Origin: a virus
Reading direction: 5' to 3' (one strand)
DNA: 64,000 bases
Virus record (IMG/VR): IMGVR_UViG_3300028835_002196
Span: 1-64,000 of that record
Shown: positions 16,505-26,219 of the stretch, in pieces
Numbering within the stretch: position 1 is the first letter of the stretch
How the letters are laid out: each line of letters opens with the position of its first letter
Translations under genes and position numbers: made by a program
Notes under the pieces: model-generated
Told to the model about the DNA's origin: nothing
What the model saw: only the letters and a program-made list of their open reading frames with translations
Databases searched by the model: none

Positions 16505-17446
16505 ATGGAAACAACACAGGAAAATTGGAAACACTTCATTCTGCACCTTTATAAAGGATTGGCAGATGAACTCTTAGGCTCTTATACCTCAAAGGAAAGG
16601 GATAAAGAGATCGAAAGACTTAATTCTACGCATGATGAGGTATATCATTATTTTATACCCATATCTATTCAGGGGGAAATACAAAAACTGGTTGTTGAGG
16701 GGCTTTACTGGAATGAAGAAACAGAAAAAGAAAAGATTAAGATTACCCCCGCTATGAAAAATCTGAAAGGGATACACCACATAAGTTTACAGGATATCCT
16801 TACACAGCATGTTTATGATATGTCTAACGGATATTTTTCTCCTCAAGGTAAAGTAGGCGTTGAACCCGAAACATGGGCTATTGATTGTTATTGGGACGGA
16901 GAAGTATTCGAAACATTTTTATATCAAAGTAAACACGAATATGAAAGTGATATCGAAACTCTAAGCCCCAAAAAAGAATCCCCGGCAGAAGGTTATACAT
17001 TCATTAACTGTTCTATCTGTAACAAGGACTTTAAAAAGGATGCGACTGATTTCCTTTTAGGCTTAACAGATGAGGCAAATACTATCTGTCCCAAATGTAC
17101 TGATAGTGAAAAAGAACCAAACGTATTCATTAATTTTTATCAATGTGTTTGTGGTAAGGAATGGGAAAGCGTTTGGAGTTGTGCATGTAACAGTAAATGT
17201 CCAGAATGTAACAGCGAAATAGAACCACATCAAACCGAAGACATACCGCCGGCCAAAAATAAAGGCTATGCCGATATGGTATTAAGAAGAGACGTAGAGG
17301 GAGTATTTAACCCTGATTCAGAAGATACTATTCTTGTATGTCTGAGTGAAGATGTTAAATGGTTAGAGGAAAGGTACAAGCAATTATTAATTGATAAGTA
17401 TCATGCCACCAAAAGTATTATTTCGACCCATTACGGCAAACATTAA
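16505..17446 (+). CDS. Hypothetical protein with Cys clusters
   Basis: CSIC, CPKC, CVC, CAC..KCPEC. Confidence 0.6.
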   Translation: METTQENWKHFILHLYKGLADELLGSYTSKERDKEIERLNSTHDEVYHYFIPISIQGEIQKLVVEGLYWNEETEKEKIKITPAMKNLKGIHHISLQDILTQHVYDMSNGYFSPQGKVGVEPETWAIDCYWDGEVFETFLYQSKHEYESDIETLSPKKESPAEGYTFINCSICNKDFKKDATDFLLGLTDEANTICPKCTDSEKEPNVFINFYQCVCGKEWESVWSCACNSKCPECNSEIEPHQTEDIPPAKNKGYADMVLRRDVEGVFNPDSEDTILVCLSEDVKWLEERYKQLLIDKYHATKSIISTHYGKH

Positions 17447-17569
17447 GCCCTAAGATCATGACTTATCAAAGTAAATTTTTTACAACAGAACAGATGTCCG
17501 GATCAGGTCAGTTAAATTTAATTGACCTGATTGAACGGACATTAGATAAAACTAAAATCATCAAAAAAC

Positions 17570-17824
17570 ATGACCGAAAAAAAAGCAAATCGACTAAAAA
17601 AGAACTTGGAACGCATACCGTACGGATCACTTGATGTTCGTAAGGTTAAGGGATTATTGCCTAAAAAAGACTGGAATCTTATTGTTTATGAAATGGATAT
17701 AATTAAAAAAGAAAAACAACTGGTTCTCATACACATTGAATTTATGTTATCTTTTAAAATAAAGCATTGTTGCGGTCTATTAATTGAGGCTGAGGGTAAT
17801 ATTCCTTATTATACATTATATTAG
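17570..17824 (+). CDS. Hypothetical protein, possibly the frameshifted N-terminus of the C5 methyltransferase
   Basis: Stops exactly where motif I of the methyltransferase begins in another frame. Confidence 0.45.
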   Translation: MTEKKANRLKKNLERIPYGSLDVRKVKGLLPKKDWNLIVYEMDIIKKEKQLVLIHIEFMLSFKIKHCCGLLIEAEGNIPYYTLY

Positions 17825-19404
17825 ACCTGTTAGCTGGTGCTGGTGGAACTACCACCGGTGCATTAGCTGTTAAGGGAATTATAGTTGTCTGGGCATTGAA
17901 TCATTCCAAAGAAGCTATATTCACTCACCAGGTCAATCACCCCAACACCGAACATTTCCACGCTGATCTGGCAGAAATGGATGTAACTAAACTCTGCCCG
18001 GTTGATGGTTTATTTGCAGGTCTGGAATGCACGAACTTCAGCAATGCCAAAGGAGGTTTATCAAGAGATGCTGACAGCAGAATGTTAGCATACGAACTGG
18101 ACAAATATATAATTCATTGCCTGCCCAAGTATATAATGATTGAGAATGTAAGAGAGTTTCTGGATTGGGGACCACTGAGAATTAAGGAAGATCAAGCCAG
18201 ATCGACCAAAAAATACTCTGCCTTAGCTATAGTCGAAAAAGGTAAGAAGAAAGGTGAATATGTTATTATTCCAATCAAAGAACGCAAAAAAGAATATTAT
18301 AATAAATGGATCGAACACGTTAAAGGTTTGGGATATATAAATTATCAGTATAGAATGTTGAACTCGGCAGATTATGGCTCATTCACCTCCAGGAAGCGTT
18401 ATTTCGGCATTTTTTCCCTGCCCGGTTATCCAATATCATTTCCTTTACAAACTCATCACAGGGACGGAATCAACGGTTTTAAGAAGTGGATGGCATGTAA
18501 GAAAAAGATCGACCTGAAAAATACCGGGGAATCCATGTTCGGCAGGGAATTTAATCTCAATCTACCTAAACAGGTAAGGAAACCATTAGTAAAACGCTCG
18601 ATCAGCAGGATCATTAACGGTATGAAAAAACATTGCCCGGAAATGCTGCAGTACATTGTTAAGTATTATGGATCAGGAGGAGGACAGCACAGCTCGATCA
18701 ACACACCATTGGATACCATTACAACCAAAGCTCGACATGCTCTTGTTACCCTGAAAAGAGAACAATTTATCAGCGAACATTTTTGGGGACAGGATCCTTC
18801 ACAAAAAACGGATAAACCCCTCAACGTGATAACGACAAAAGAATCCAAACAGCTTGTTACGGTTGAAAAAAAACAGTTCATTAACCAGTGTTGGGGAAAC
18901 GATTATAATCATTCCGGAATAAAAGAACCCCTGAAAACAATAACGACTACTAATAAGCATCAGCTTGTTACTATTGAAAAGCAACAATTTCTCACCCAAT
19001 ATTATGGCAGGGATAATGCCAATCAGAATCTTAAAGAACCAATAAGAACTATCACCACTTGGAACACTCACCGGTTGGTCACAGTCGAAAAACAACAATT
19101 CATATCGACATACTTTGGTAAAAGCGGAGCACATTCTCTTGATAAACCCTTGGGAACTATTACAACAGAACCCAAACATGCTCTTACAACTGTCCTGGCT
19201 AATGGAGATTTTGATATTAAGGTACGTTTCCTTACCCCTGCAGAGCTGGGGGATATAACGGGATTCCCGAAAAATTATCAATGGTACGGTAGTAATAGGT
19301 TGCGAATATGGATGATAGGCAATGCTGTTCCTATTCCAATGGCTAAGGCACTTATTGAGCAAATTAAAATCGAATTTATTAACCTTAAACCCATTAAATC
19401 ATGA
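17815..19404 (+). CDS. DNA (cytosine-5) methyltransferase with internal ~37-aa repeats
   Basis: Motif I DLLAGAGG lies upstream of the called start (from 17824); catalytic LECTNFS; IENV; R.RYF; GNAVP; five PLxTITT repeats. Confidence 0.85.
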   Translation: MILDLLAGAGGTTTGALAVKGIIVVWALNHSKEAIFTHQVNHPNTEHFHADLAEMDVTKLCPVDGLFAGLECTNFSNAKGGLSRDADSRMLAYELDKYIIHCLPKYIMIENVREFLDWGPLRIKEDQARSTKKYSALAIVEKGKKKGEYVIIPIKERKKEYYNKWIEHVKGLGYINYQYRMLNSADYGSFTSRKRYFGIFSLPGYPISFPLQTHHRDGINGFKKWMACKKKIDLKNTGESMFGREFNLNLPKQVRKPLVKRSISRIINGMKKHCPEMLQYIVKYYGSGGGQHSSINTPLDTITTKARHALVTLKREQFISEHFWGQDPSQKTDKPLNVITTKESKQLVTVEKKQFINQCWGNDYNHSGIKEPLKTITTTNKHQLVTIEKQQFLTQYYGRDNANQNLKEPIRTITTWNTHRLVTVEKQQFISTYFGKSGAHSLDKPLGTITTEPKHALTTVLANGDFDIKVRFLTPAELGDITGFPKNYQWYGSNRLRIWMIGNAVPIPMAKALIEQIKIEFINLKPIKS

Positions 19405-19793
19405 AAAAATTATCAAGCACAGTAAAAGAAAGAGCTGAAAAGGCACATGATATTGAAAAATTGATTGATCAGCTTAAAGTTATGTTGCTTAGTATAAGCA
19501 ATAGAATTAAGGAAAAAAAAGCAAAGAAAGACATTACAATTATCCTGGCCGATTGGCAAGGTTGTGATAGAACTACATTTAACCGGGATAATTTTAATGC
19601 AATAAAAAAGGCTGAAGGAGAAGCTATTGGAGCAAAGTCTTATGAATCATGGTTAATTGCCCAAGATGCAATTTTACAAATCATATTTTCATTCCTTGAA
19701 TCTGAATTAGATAGGTTAGTAGAGGCCTATAACGATCTTGAACACCTGGAAGTGATAGAAGAACCAGAATTTGAAGATTTAGGACAAAAATGA
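19401..19793 (+). CDS. Hypothetical protein
   Basis: ATGA overlap with the upstream stop. Confidence 0.6.
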   Translation: MKKLSSTVKERAEKAHDIEKLIDQLKVMLLSISNRIKEKKAKKDITIILADWQGCDRTTFNRDNFNAIKKAEGEAIGAKSYESWLIAQDAILQIIFSFLESELDRLVEAYNDLEHLEVIEEPEFEDLGQK

Positions 19794-20086
19794 AATCAAA
19801 CCATCCCCAGGATATTTATGCTGAAACAATACCAAAGCCCCGTAACAAGGGCATAGGTCAACTTCCGCATTGTATTGATTGTGGAGAATATAAAGACGAA
19901 CCCATGATCTATGCCGGCTTGGGTGGTAAAACAGCTCATTGTAAAAAATGTTTATTGAAAATGGACCCGGAAAGCGAATTATTCCCCGTTCATATCAAGC
20001 ACAAAGGAATGTTGGTTAAGGAAGCTATCGAAATCCTTAATAAGCATGTAAGTAAAGATCAAACAGGACAATTATTATTGTTTTAA
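19790..20086 (+). CDS. Zinc-finger-like hypothetical protein
   Basis: CIDC...HCKKC. Confidence 0.55.
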   Translation: MKSNHPQDIYAETIPKPRNKGIGQLPHCIDCGEYKDEPMIYAGLGGKTAHCKKCLLKMDPESELFPVHIKHKGMLVKEAIEILNKHVSKDQTGQLLLF

Positions 20087-20100
20087 CTAAAATAAAAATC

Positions 20101-20379
20101 ATGAAACACAAATTATCAGGTAATGCAGAAACAAGGGAAGTTCATCTTGATGGTGAATTTCTTGACCCTAAACCAAGCCAAAAACATTACAATCATTCTC
20201 CCGATGGATTTAATTGGGGGTATGGTGGTAGTGGGCCGGCACAACTCGCACTGGCAATAATGCTAAAACTAACCGGCAGGGCAATCGGCAAGGCCGAAGG
20301 TTATCAAGAGTTTAAATTTAGAGTAATTGCAGCAATCCCAGGTGGCGAAGATTTTGACATTGAATTTAATTTAAAATAA
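20101..20379 (+). CDS. DUF6166-like protein
   Basis: NHSPDGFNWGYGGSGPAQLALA signature. Confidence 0.7.
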   Translation: MKHKLSGNAETREVHLDGEFLDPKPSQKHYNHSPDGFNWGYGGSGPAQLALAIMLKLTGRAIGKAEGYQEFKFRVIAAIPGGEDFDIEFNLK

Positions 20380-20387
20380 CACACATC

Positions 20388-20597
20388 ATGGACGACTGGA
20401 ATAATCCGAAATTCGCATTCTGCCTCCTGCCCACCAGCCTTATACTAAAATTTGTTAATGGGAAATTGGATGCAAATGCCTACCTTAAACGTGAACTTGC
20501 AAACAGGGGAGTAAATTTGCAGGGGACATGGGTAGGACATGAGAGATCAGAAGAACTATTATTAACCTCAAAAGACAAAGACGATGAAACCAGCTAA
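20388..20597 (+). CDS. Hypothetical protein
   Basis: ELANRG....G.WVG motif recurrent in phage proteins. Confidence 0.55.
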   Translation: MDDWNNPKFAFCLLPTSLILKFVNGKLDANAYLKRELANRGVNLQGTWVGHERSEELLLTSKDKDDETS

Positions 20598-20859
20598 TTT
20601 TAAAAAGATCGAAGAACTTATGGAAGAGAGAGAGAACCTGATCGTTCTCCGGGGTAAATTCAAATCTTGTAAAGGTACTGCAATAGACATAGGTCCGGAT
20701 GAAGAACCCAAAATAAATCTTTCAGTTAATGTAGGCGGAGGCCCTTACACAAACACTTTACAAGAAGATCACAGCTATGCTATGGCGTTTGTTACAGGCT
20801 ATATTTTTACTCTGAAACAAAAAATTGATATGATCAACGCTCAACTCAAGTCATTATGA
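20584..20859 (+). CDS. Hypothetical protein
   Basis: ORF in operon. Confidence 0.55.
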   Translation: MKPANFKKIEELMEERENLIVLRGKFKSCKGTAIDIGPDEEPKINLSVNVGGGPYTNTLQEDHSYAMAFVTGYIFTLKQKIDMINAQLKSL

Positions 20860-21022
20860 AAATAGAATTAACCACTAACATCCCATGTGACGGTTTCAAA
20901 AAAGGAGATACCTTCAAGGTATTAAGATATCATGGCAATACTCATGTTGTAGTAGAAACCCCCGCCGGGAGGGTTGCTTACATACCAAGAACCAGGTTTA
21001 CATTTAAGTCTGAAAAAACAGA

Positions 21023-21445
21023 TTGATGACAAAATTCAAAACAGTATTTGAAAGCCCTTACGTTCACGTAACAACTGATGAGGTAAAAGTAATTGATCGC
21101 ACTACGGATTTAGGTATAGCCGGTAAAAAAATATTAGCCCGACTAACTAAAGCCATACATGACCCCGAAAAACCTGTTCGTAATATGGTAGCTGATTTTG
21201 CCTATCATAGCCGTTTAGGAGAACTTTATCTTTTTGTAGCTGATAACAAACCCCTGGGTCTGAAACTCTGGAAATCGTCTGATAAAGTAGGTCACATAGT
21301 CGTATTTATGTCATACAGCTCTATGGCCATGCTTGAGTACTTACGAACCTCTCAAAAGAATGATCCCGACAACAAAACCACGTATAGTGATCTTATTAAT
21401 TATTTAAGATTACAATTTTATAAAAGTAAAATCGAAGTAAAATGA
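21023..21445 (+). CDS. Hypothetical protein
   Basis: ORF in operon. Confidence 0.55.
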   Translation: MMTKFKTVFESPYVHVTTDEVKVIDRTTDLGIAGKKILARLTKAIHDPEKPVRNMVADFAYHSRLGELYLFVADNKPLGLKLWKSSDKVGHIVVFMSYSSMAMLEYLRTSQKNDPDNKTTYSDLINYLRLQFYKSKIEVK

Positions 21446-21651
21446 GTGATATTAACCACGGATGGGAAGACAAAGAGCCAAAGGAAATAATTCTTCATCC
21501 GGGTATGTATGAAAAATATAAAAAATATCCTGAAAAAGAAAAAGATATAATTTATGGATCGCCACGCAGAGAACCGGGTTATTTAAGATGGGGGGTCATT
21601 ATTCTTTTTTTTATCCTGGCGATTGTTATCCTTTTTATTATTTGGTTTTGA
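21442..21651 (+). CDS. Small membrane protein
   Basis: C-terminal transmembrane helix. Confidence 0.55.
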   Translation: MSDINHGWEDKEPKEIILHPGMYEKYKKYPEKEKDIIYGSPRREPGYLRWGVIILFFILAIVILFIIWF

Positions 21652-22140
21652 TGGTGTTTGCTTTCGTATTGATTCTTGTAATAACAGCCCTACAAATATT
21701 CCATTTAACTTTCTTATAACATCGCGAACCTCTTCTTCCTTGTACCTCATTATCATTATACCCGACATTTTTGGGAATACAGCATTGTATTCACTCAATA
21801 AATCTTTCCTTAATATGTCAATCTTGCCCCAATCAGCCGTTTTAACTGTCTTAGAATAAGATATTCGCTGATCTTCTGTGCCCTGGTCAAGTAAAACATG
21901 TTCTCCTGGCGTTAAGAGGATGATATTGCGTAGATAATACTTAAAATGGGGAAATTTACCTTTATCTTTAGGCAATACATGGGCAAACATGTTTAAAAAA
22001 TAGGGGGTATTGAAAAAATCTCTTAAGTATACGCCTGATAAATAAGACCGGTGATCCATATAATGCCAAAGTGTTTTAAAGGCCGCAAATTCACTCTGAC
22101 TAATTTCTCTAATTATTTCAGGTAATGGGGGCTTTTCCAT
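21583..22140 (-). CDS. HNH-like / NinG-like nuclease-fold protein
   Basis: FAHVLPK...FPHFKYYLRNIILLTPGEH resembles a degenerate H-N-H. Confidence 0.45.
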   Translation of the reverse strand: MEKPPLPEIIREISQSEFAAFKTLWHYMDHRSYLSGVYLRDFFNTPYFLNMFAHVLPKDKGKFPHFKYYLRNIILLTPGEHVLLDQGTEDQRISYSKTVKTADWGKIDILRKDLLSEYNAVFPKMSGIMIMRYKEEEVRDVIRKLNGIFVGLLLQESIRKQTPSKPNNKKDNNRQDKKKNNDPPS

Positions 22141-22320
22141 GACTATTTTTATTAAAACTATTGATTTTAGGGGATACTACGGTATTCCACTACATAAGAA
22201 AATTGTTTAAAACGTCTTAAATTAAGTCAAATTTTGCAAAAACGTTACTTTTAGTCGAAAAATATAACGATTAAAAGTAACGGCATTATATAAGCCCCTC
22301 TAAGAAGGCCTGATATCAAT

Positions 22321-22358
22321 AAAAAAAGGACATCCGGTGTTGACCGGATATCCCTTTT
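22321..22358 (-). terminator. Intrinsic terminator
   Basis: AAAAAAAGGACATCCGGT...ACCGGATATCCCTTTT after the RecT-like gene. Confidence 0.65.
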
Positions 22359-22419
22359 AAGTAGTAAATCTTGACAAAGACTGACGAATAGTATGTTGTA
22401 AAAAAGATTCAACATAAAA

Positions 22420-23994
22420 TTACGAATCATATCTGGTTAGTAAATAGTGAATATCAACAGCCGGTGCATTTTTTAAGAAGTATTCAAGGTCATCAAACTT
22501 ACTTCTATACGTTATCTTATGCTCCTTTGAAAAATAAATTCTACTGGCCAACTCCTGATAAGTGGCGTTATTAAACCCATTATCTGCAAGTTGCAGGGCT
22601 ATACTTCTTGCTTTTTGAAAATCACGTTCCCTGTGCCCCTCTTCAATTTCAGAGATTTCAATACCAAAAGGATTTGACTTTTCTGAGGAAGGAGAATATT
22701 CTTCCGAGATCTGATCTTCTTCTTGCTGCGGGGTCTCTTTTTCATCATCCAAGGCAGGGTGTGAGACCGTTTCTTTCTTAGGGATACTTTCTGTATCTTC
22801 CGGACCAATCTTTGTTCCGGGCGGAGTTTCGGCAGGAGGAACTGCCGGGGCTTGTGATTCTATATAATTTGTAAACCTGCCTTTTTGAAAAGCAAGTATG
22901 GCCAGTCTATACTTTTTATTACTTTTCTTACCTGGGAGCTTGTCAATTTCATCTACAATACTTATTCCATCTAAACAACATTTCTTTGCCAGTTCATAAA
23001 TTTTTGTTCCCATTTTTAATAACTGATCTTCGGCAAACCCCGTAAAAGCCTCTTTCCTGCTTATAGGAGATGGATCGATCTTTACTTTTTTCTTTCCCGG
23101 TTCCGGTTTTTCCTTTCCCGGTTCTATTTTTTTCAAATCCTCTGCTGTTTCACGCAATTTGTTTTTGTCTTTGTCTCCTAATCCTAGTTTCTCATGACGT
23201 TTGGTAACCTTATCTGCTACTGCCCCGGTTAACTGTTCACTTTTTTGAGTTTTCCCATCAATATCGGTTATAGCAACAGGGCCACCTTTAGTGTCAATAA
23301 TTTTTACTGACACATCAGGATAATCATTGATTTCCTCCAAGATAACCAGTTGCCCCAACACATCAGGATAAAGGTCTCTCGATATAAAACCTAAACCACG
23401 GTACATACACATGCGATCAGGGTACCGGTACCATGGAGACTGCCTGTGCATTGCTCCCTGATTCCCATTTAATTTTTGTTGCGTCACCCATAAGTCAGCT
23501 CGTTTGGCTTCACGCACTCCAAAACTCCGGGTAATGGTCGTTCCACTGGTCCTGGTACTGGTGATTGTGTATTGATAATCGTCTTTATCAATATTACCGC
23601 TAGCCGTTTCTTTCCATTCTTTTACCAGGCCTGATGAAAATATCATAGCTTTTGCCCCGTCTCCTTTAATAGCCATTTTGCCATATATAGGAACAATCAT
23701 ATTTAAAGATGCAAACGGAGATAAACCAATTTCTTTACCGGCACTGACAACGGCAAGAATCAGCCCGCAGATAGGTTTAGTATAATCAACTGGCCACCGG
23801 TCCTCAGTAACACCTTCAGTTTTTGTTTTTTCATAATATTTATCAGGCAAACTACCTCCCTCAGCTATTGCTTGTGCCCATTTTAAAGCCGAATCTATTT
23901 CTGAAAGAGATTTTTCAGTAAATATGTATAATCTTGAATCCTGCGGGACAATAGATTTTAATGGTTGTTCTTCCGTTGTTTTTTCATTTTCCAT
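22420..23994 (-). CDS. RecT-like single-strand annealing protein with long C-terminal extension
   Basis: GKEIGLSPFASLNMI..IYGK...EAKRADLW...SPWYRYPDRMCMYRGLGFISRDLYPDVLG..ILEE. Confidence 0.75.
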   Translation of the reverse strand: MENEKTTEEQPLKSIVPQDSRLYIFTEKSLSEIDSALKWAQAIAEGGSLPDKYYEKTKTEGVTEDRWPVDYTKPICGLILAVVSAGKEIGLSPFASLNMIVPIYGKMAIKGDGAKAMIFSSGLVKEWKETASGNIDKDDYQYTITSTRTSGTTITRSFGVREAKRADLWVTQQKLNGNQGAMHRQSPWYRYPDRMCMYRGLGFISRDLYPDVLGQLVILEEINDYPDVSVKIIDTKGGPVAITDIDGKTQKSEQLTGAVADKVTKRHEKLGLGDKDKNKLRETAEDLKKIEPGKEKPEPGKKKVKIDPSPISRKEAFTGFAEDQLLKMGTKIYELAKKCCLDGISIVDEIDKLPGKKSNKKYRLAILAFQKGRFTNYIESQAPAVPPAETPPGTKIGPEDTESIPKKETVSHPALDDEKETPQQEEDQISEEYSPSSEKSNPFGIEISEIEEGHRERDFQKARSIALQLADNGFNNATYQELASRIYFSKEHKITYRSKFDDLEYFLKNAPAVDIHYLLTRYDS

Positions 23995-24005
23995 GACTAT
24001 TGATC

Positions 24006-24371
24006 TTAGTGAATAAATTTAATACTTGGATTTATATCCTTTTCCTGCATCCATTGAAAATTTAATCCATGTCCAAAATCATTAAGAACATCCATATCAC
24101 ATGGGTTAAACCATTCTAATTCACTACCTTTAATAAAAACTTTATAAAAGGTATGGTTTGGGTTTGAATATCCTCCAAAGTCTCCTTTGGATGGAAAATT
24201 AACCTCCCCCTTATCCTCATATGGTTCTGGTGCAAGTAATGAATTGTACCAATCAATAAGTTTTTGCTTTTCATAAGCAAGGGCAACTACATTGCCATTT
24301 TCGGTATTTTCTTTCAGGGGATTTAAAATAAGTCCCCAAACTTTTACTTCTTCAATCTGTCTTGTTTCCAT
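24006..24371 (-). CDS. Hypothetical protein
   Basis: ORF in operon. Confidence 0.55.
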   Translation of the reverse strand: METRQIEEVKVWGLILNPLKENTENGNVVALAYEKQKLIDWYNSLLAPEPYEDKGEVNFPSKGDFGGYSNPNHTFYKVFIKGSELEWFNPCDMDVLNDFGHGLNFQWMQEKDINPSIKFIH

Positions 24372-24582
24372 TGTTTTTGATATTAGTTAATTTTTTTAAT
24401 CTGTTCATCTCGTCATTTGTAGTCCATATAGGATCATCACACTTACATTGAGAATAATGATTATCACACCGGGCACACCACCGCATAAGAATATGAGAGC
24501 TGCTTTTTAAACTTGCCAATCTCTCTTTAATATCTTCGCAGGTACAATCTCTTAGATCGTTTCCGCATTTACAACAAAACAT
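24352..24582 (-). CDS. Cys-rich small protein
   Basis: CCKC...CTC...CARC...CKC. Confidence 0.55.
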   Translation of the reverse strand: MFCCKCGNDLRDCTCEDIKERLASLKSSSHILMRWCARCDNHYSQCKCDDPIWTTNDEMNRLKKLTNIKNNGNKTD

Positions 24583-24592
24583 AATTATTTAG

Positions 24593-24865
24593 TTAATTAA
24601 TACTTATATGTAATTCAGTGCCATAATGATTCATTAACAATTCAATGCTATGATCATCACCCTTAATCCATGTGAATTTTCTTAATTCAAAAGCTGTTAC
24701 TTCATTTACATAACCCCCGCTCTTAAATATTTGATCAAAAATATCGAATATATGTTTAATATAATCGTCTAACCCAATATCCTCAACTGTGCTGGGCTCA
24801 ATTCTGAATTTTGCATGACCTACATCCCATTTTTTTAATATATCTTCACTTTTTGTACAGCTCAT
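24593..24865 (-). CDS. Hypothetical protein
   Basis: ORF in operon. Confidence 0.5.
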   Translation of the reverse strand: MSCTKSEDILKKWDVGHAKFRIEPSTVEDIGLDDYIKHIFDIFDQIFKSGGYVNEVTAFELRKFTWIKGDDHSIELLMNHYGTELHISIN

Positions 24866-24875
24866 TTTATTGTTT

Positions 24876-25460
24876 TTATGGTGAATAATTTATTTTATTA
24901 TGTTTACTTATCCAGGATCTCTTCGAAGGTTCGACCCAGGCCAAGCCTAAGAATTTAAAAAAATCCTCTTCCGTAGTAAATGGGGGGGGGAGGGTAGGGT
25001 GTTCCTTAAATTCTTTTTTTATTTTCCAGGTCTGTCCTTTATGATCGCACTCTTTCTTTCTACGTAAACCGTCTTTAGTTCCGCACCACCCCAGCCTATT
25101 CCAGGTTATAGCCAGAACATTATGACTAAAAGCCGAGGATCCGGTACGAATAGCTACAATCCTTCCATAATCTATCGGGTTGGTAATGTACAACTCTATT
25201 TGAATACCAGACTTAGGATAATAAAATCTTTTCAATCTTGACCCATTAACTTTTATTCCCGGATAATTTTTGTGAAAGTGCATATCAAGGCTCAGGGGAT
25301 CATCAGTCAGGGGCAGACAAACAACTTCTATATCTCCCACGTCAACCTTTAGTCTACGTGTACTCCCTACAACAATAGCCTTATTACAGTGAGGCCCTAA
25401 TTCTGTCATGAACCTCTTTGCTATATTTAATGCTTGAGAAAGCGGCATTCTGTTTTTCAT
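24876..25460 (-). CDS. Minimal family X DNA polymerase / nucleotidyltransferase
   Basis: VGSTRRLKVDVGDIEVV; IRTGSSAF; TEEDFFKFLGLAWVEP.KR. Confidence 0.8.
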   Translation of the reverse strand: MKNRMPLSQALNIAKRFMTELGPHCNKAIVVGSTRRLKVDVGDIEVVCLPLTDDPLSLDMHFHKNYPGIKVNGSRLKRFYYPKSGIQIELYITNPIDYGRIVAIRTGSSAFSHNVLAITWNRLGWCGTKDGLRRKKECDHKGQTWKIKKEFKEHPTLPPPFTTEEDFFKFLGLAWVEPSKRSWISKHNKINYSP

Positions 25461-25762
25461 AATTTCGATATATTAAGTCCTTCCAGGTTTGCATACCATT
25501 TTCTTTGACCACCGGTTATTATTTTAGAATTTCCCCGGGCCTGAAAAGTTATATGAACATGTTCATTTAAAGCAAAGCCATTAGATAAGCTCATGCGTTC
25601 ATTTATAAAACTAATAGGTATTTCTTGTTTATACCCGTCAGCTAAGACCTCTATAACTAAATTACGGTACGTGAATTTTGGTGAATGAGATACAACATTG
25701 CCAATATGAACAATGTATCCGTCAATTTCGTGTTCGTTCTTAATTCTGTACTTTTTTGCCAT
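25457..25762 (-). CDS. DUF3127-like OB-fold (SSB-like) protein
   Basis: KFTYRNLVIE...YKQEIPISF...VHITFQARG...KWYANLEG. Confidence 0.65.
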   Translation of the reverse strand: MAKKYRIKNEHEIDGYIVHIGNVVSHSPKFTYRNLVIEVLADGYKQEIPISFINERMSLSNGFALNEHVHITFQARGNSKIITGGQRKWYANLEGLNISKL

Positions 25763-25934
25763 AATGTTTTTTTTAAGTGTTAATAATAACAGGGTCAACT
25801 CCCTGTTGATCTTAATTGGCCATGACGGGGTTGATTTTGGCTTCAAACAGACGTTGTTACTCCGGAGTTTGAAATAATCCAACTTTCCCTAAATTATTTC
25901 TCCACTGCCGCCTTTATAGGCCCGGTGCAATATT

Positions 25935-26219
25935 TTAATCATGTTTACGAATTAATATAGTTCCTATCAGTACTTCACTGTCTTCAAAACGCCGAAGTAA
26001 ATTATTAAGCATATATTGTCTTTCTTCAAGCTCCGCTTCTGCAATTATTATATTTTCAGCAGATATTGTTGAAGTGATGGGACGAAATCTTATTAGCGTC
26101 CCATGCTGGGTTATAGCAGTCCATTGATAATTTCTCATAATAACTGTTGATTTTGAAGGTTCCTGATTTTTTCTTTTAATTTTAGTATTCTCAATGTTCC
26201 GAGCCTGGCTAATTTGCAT
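25935..26219 (-). CDS. Hypothetical protein
   Basis: ORF in operon; start uncertain. Confidence 0.4.
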   Translation of the reverse strand: MQISQARNIENTKIKRKNQEPSKSTVIMRNYQWTAITQHGTLIRFRPITSTISAENIIIAEAELEERQYMLNNLLRRFEDSEVLIGTILIRKHD

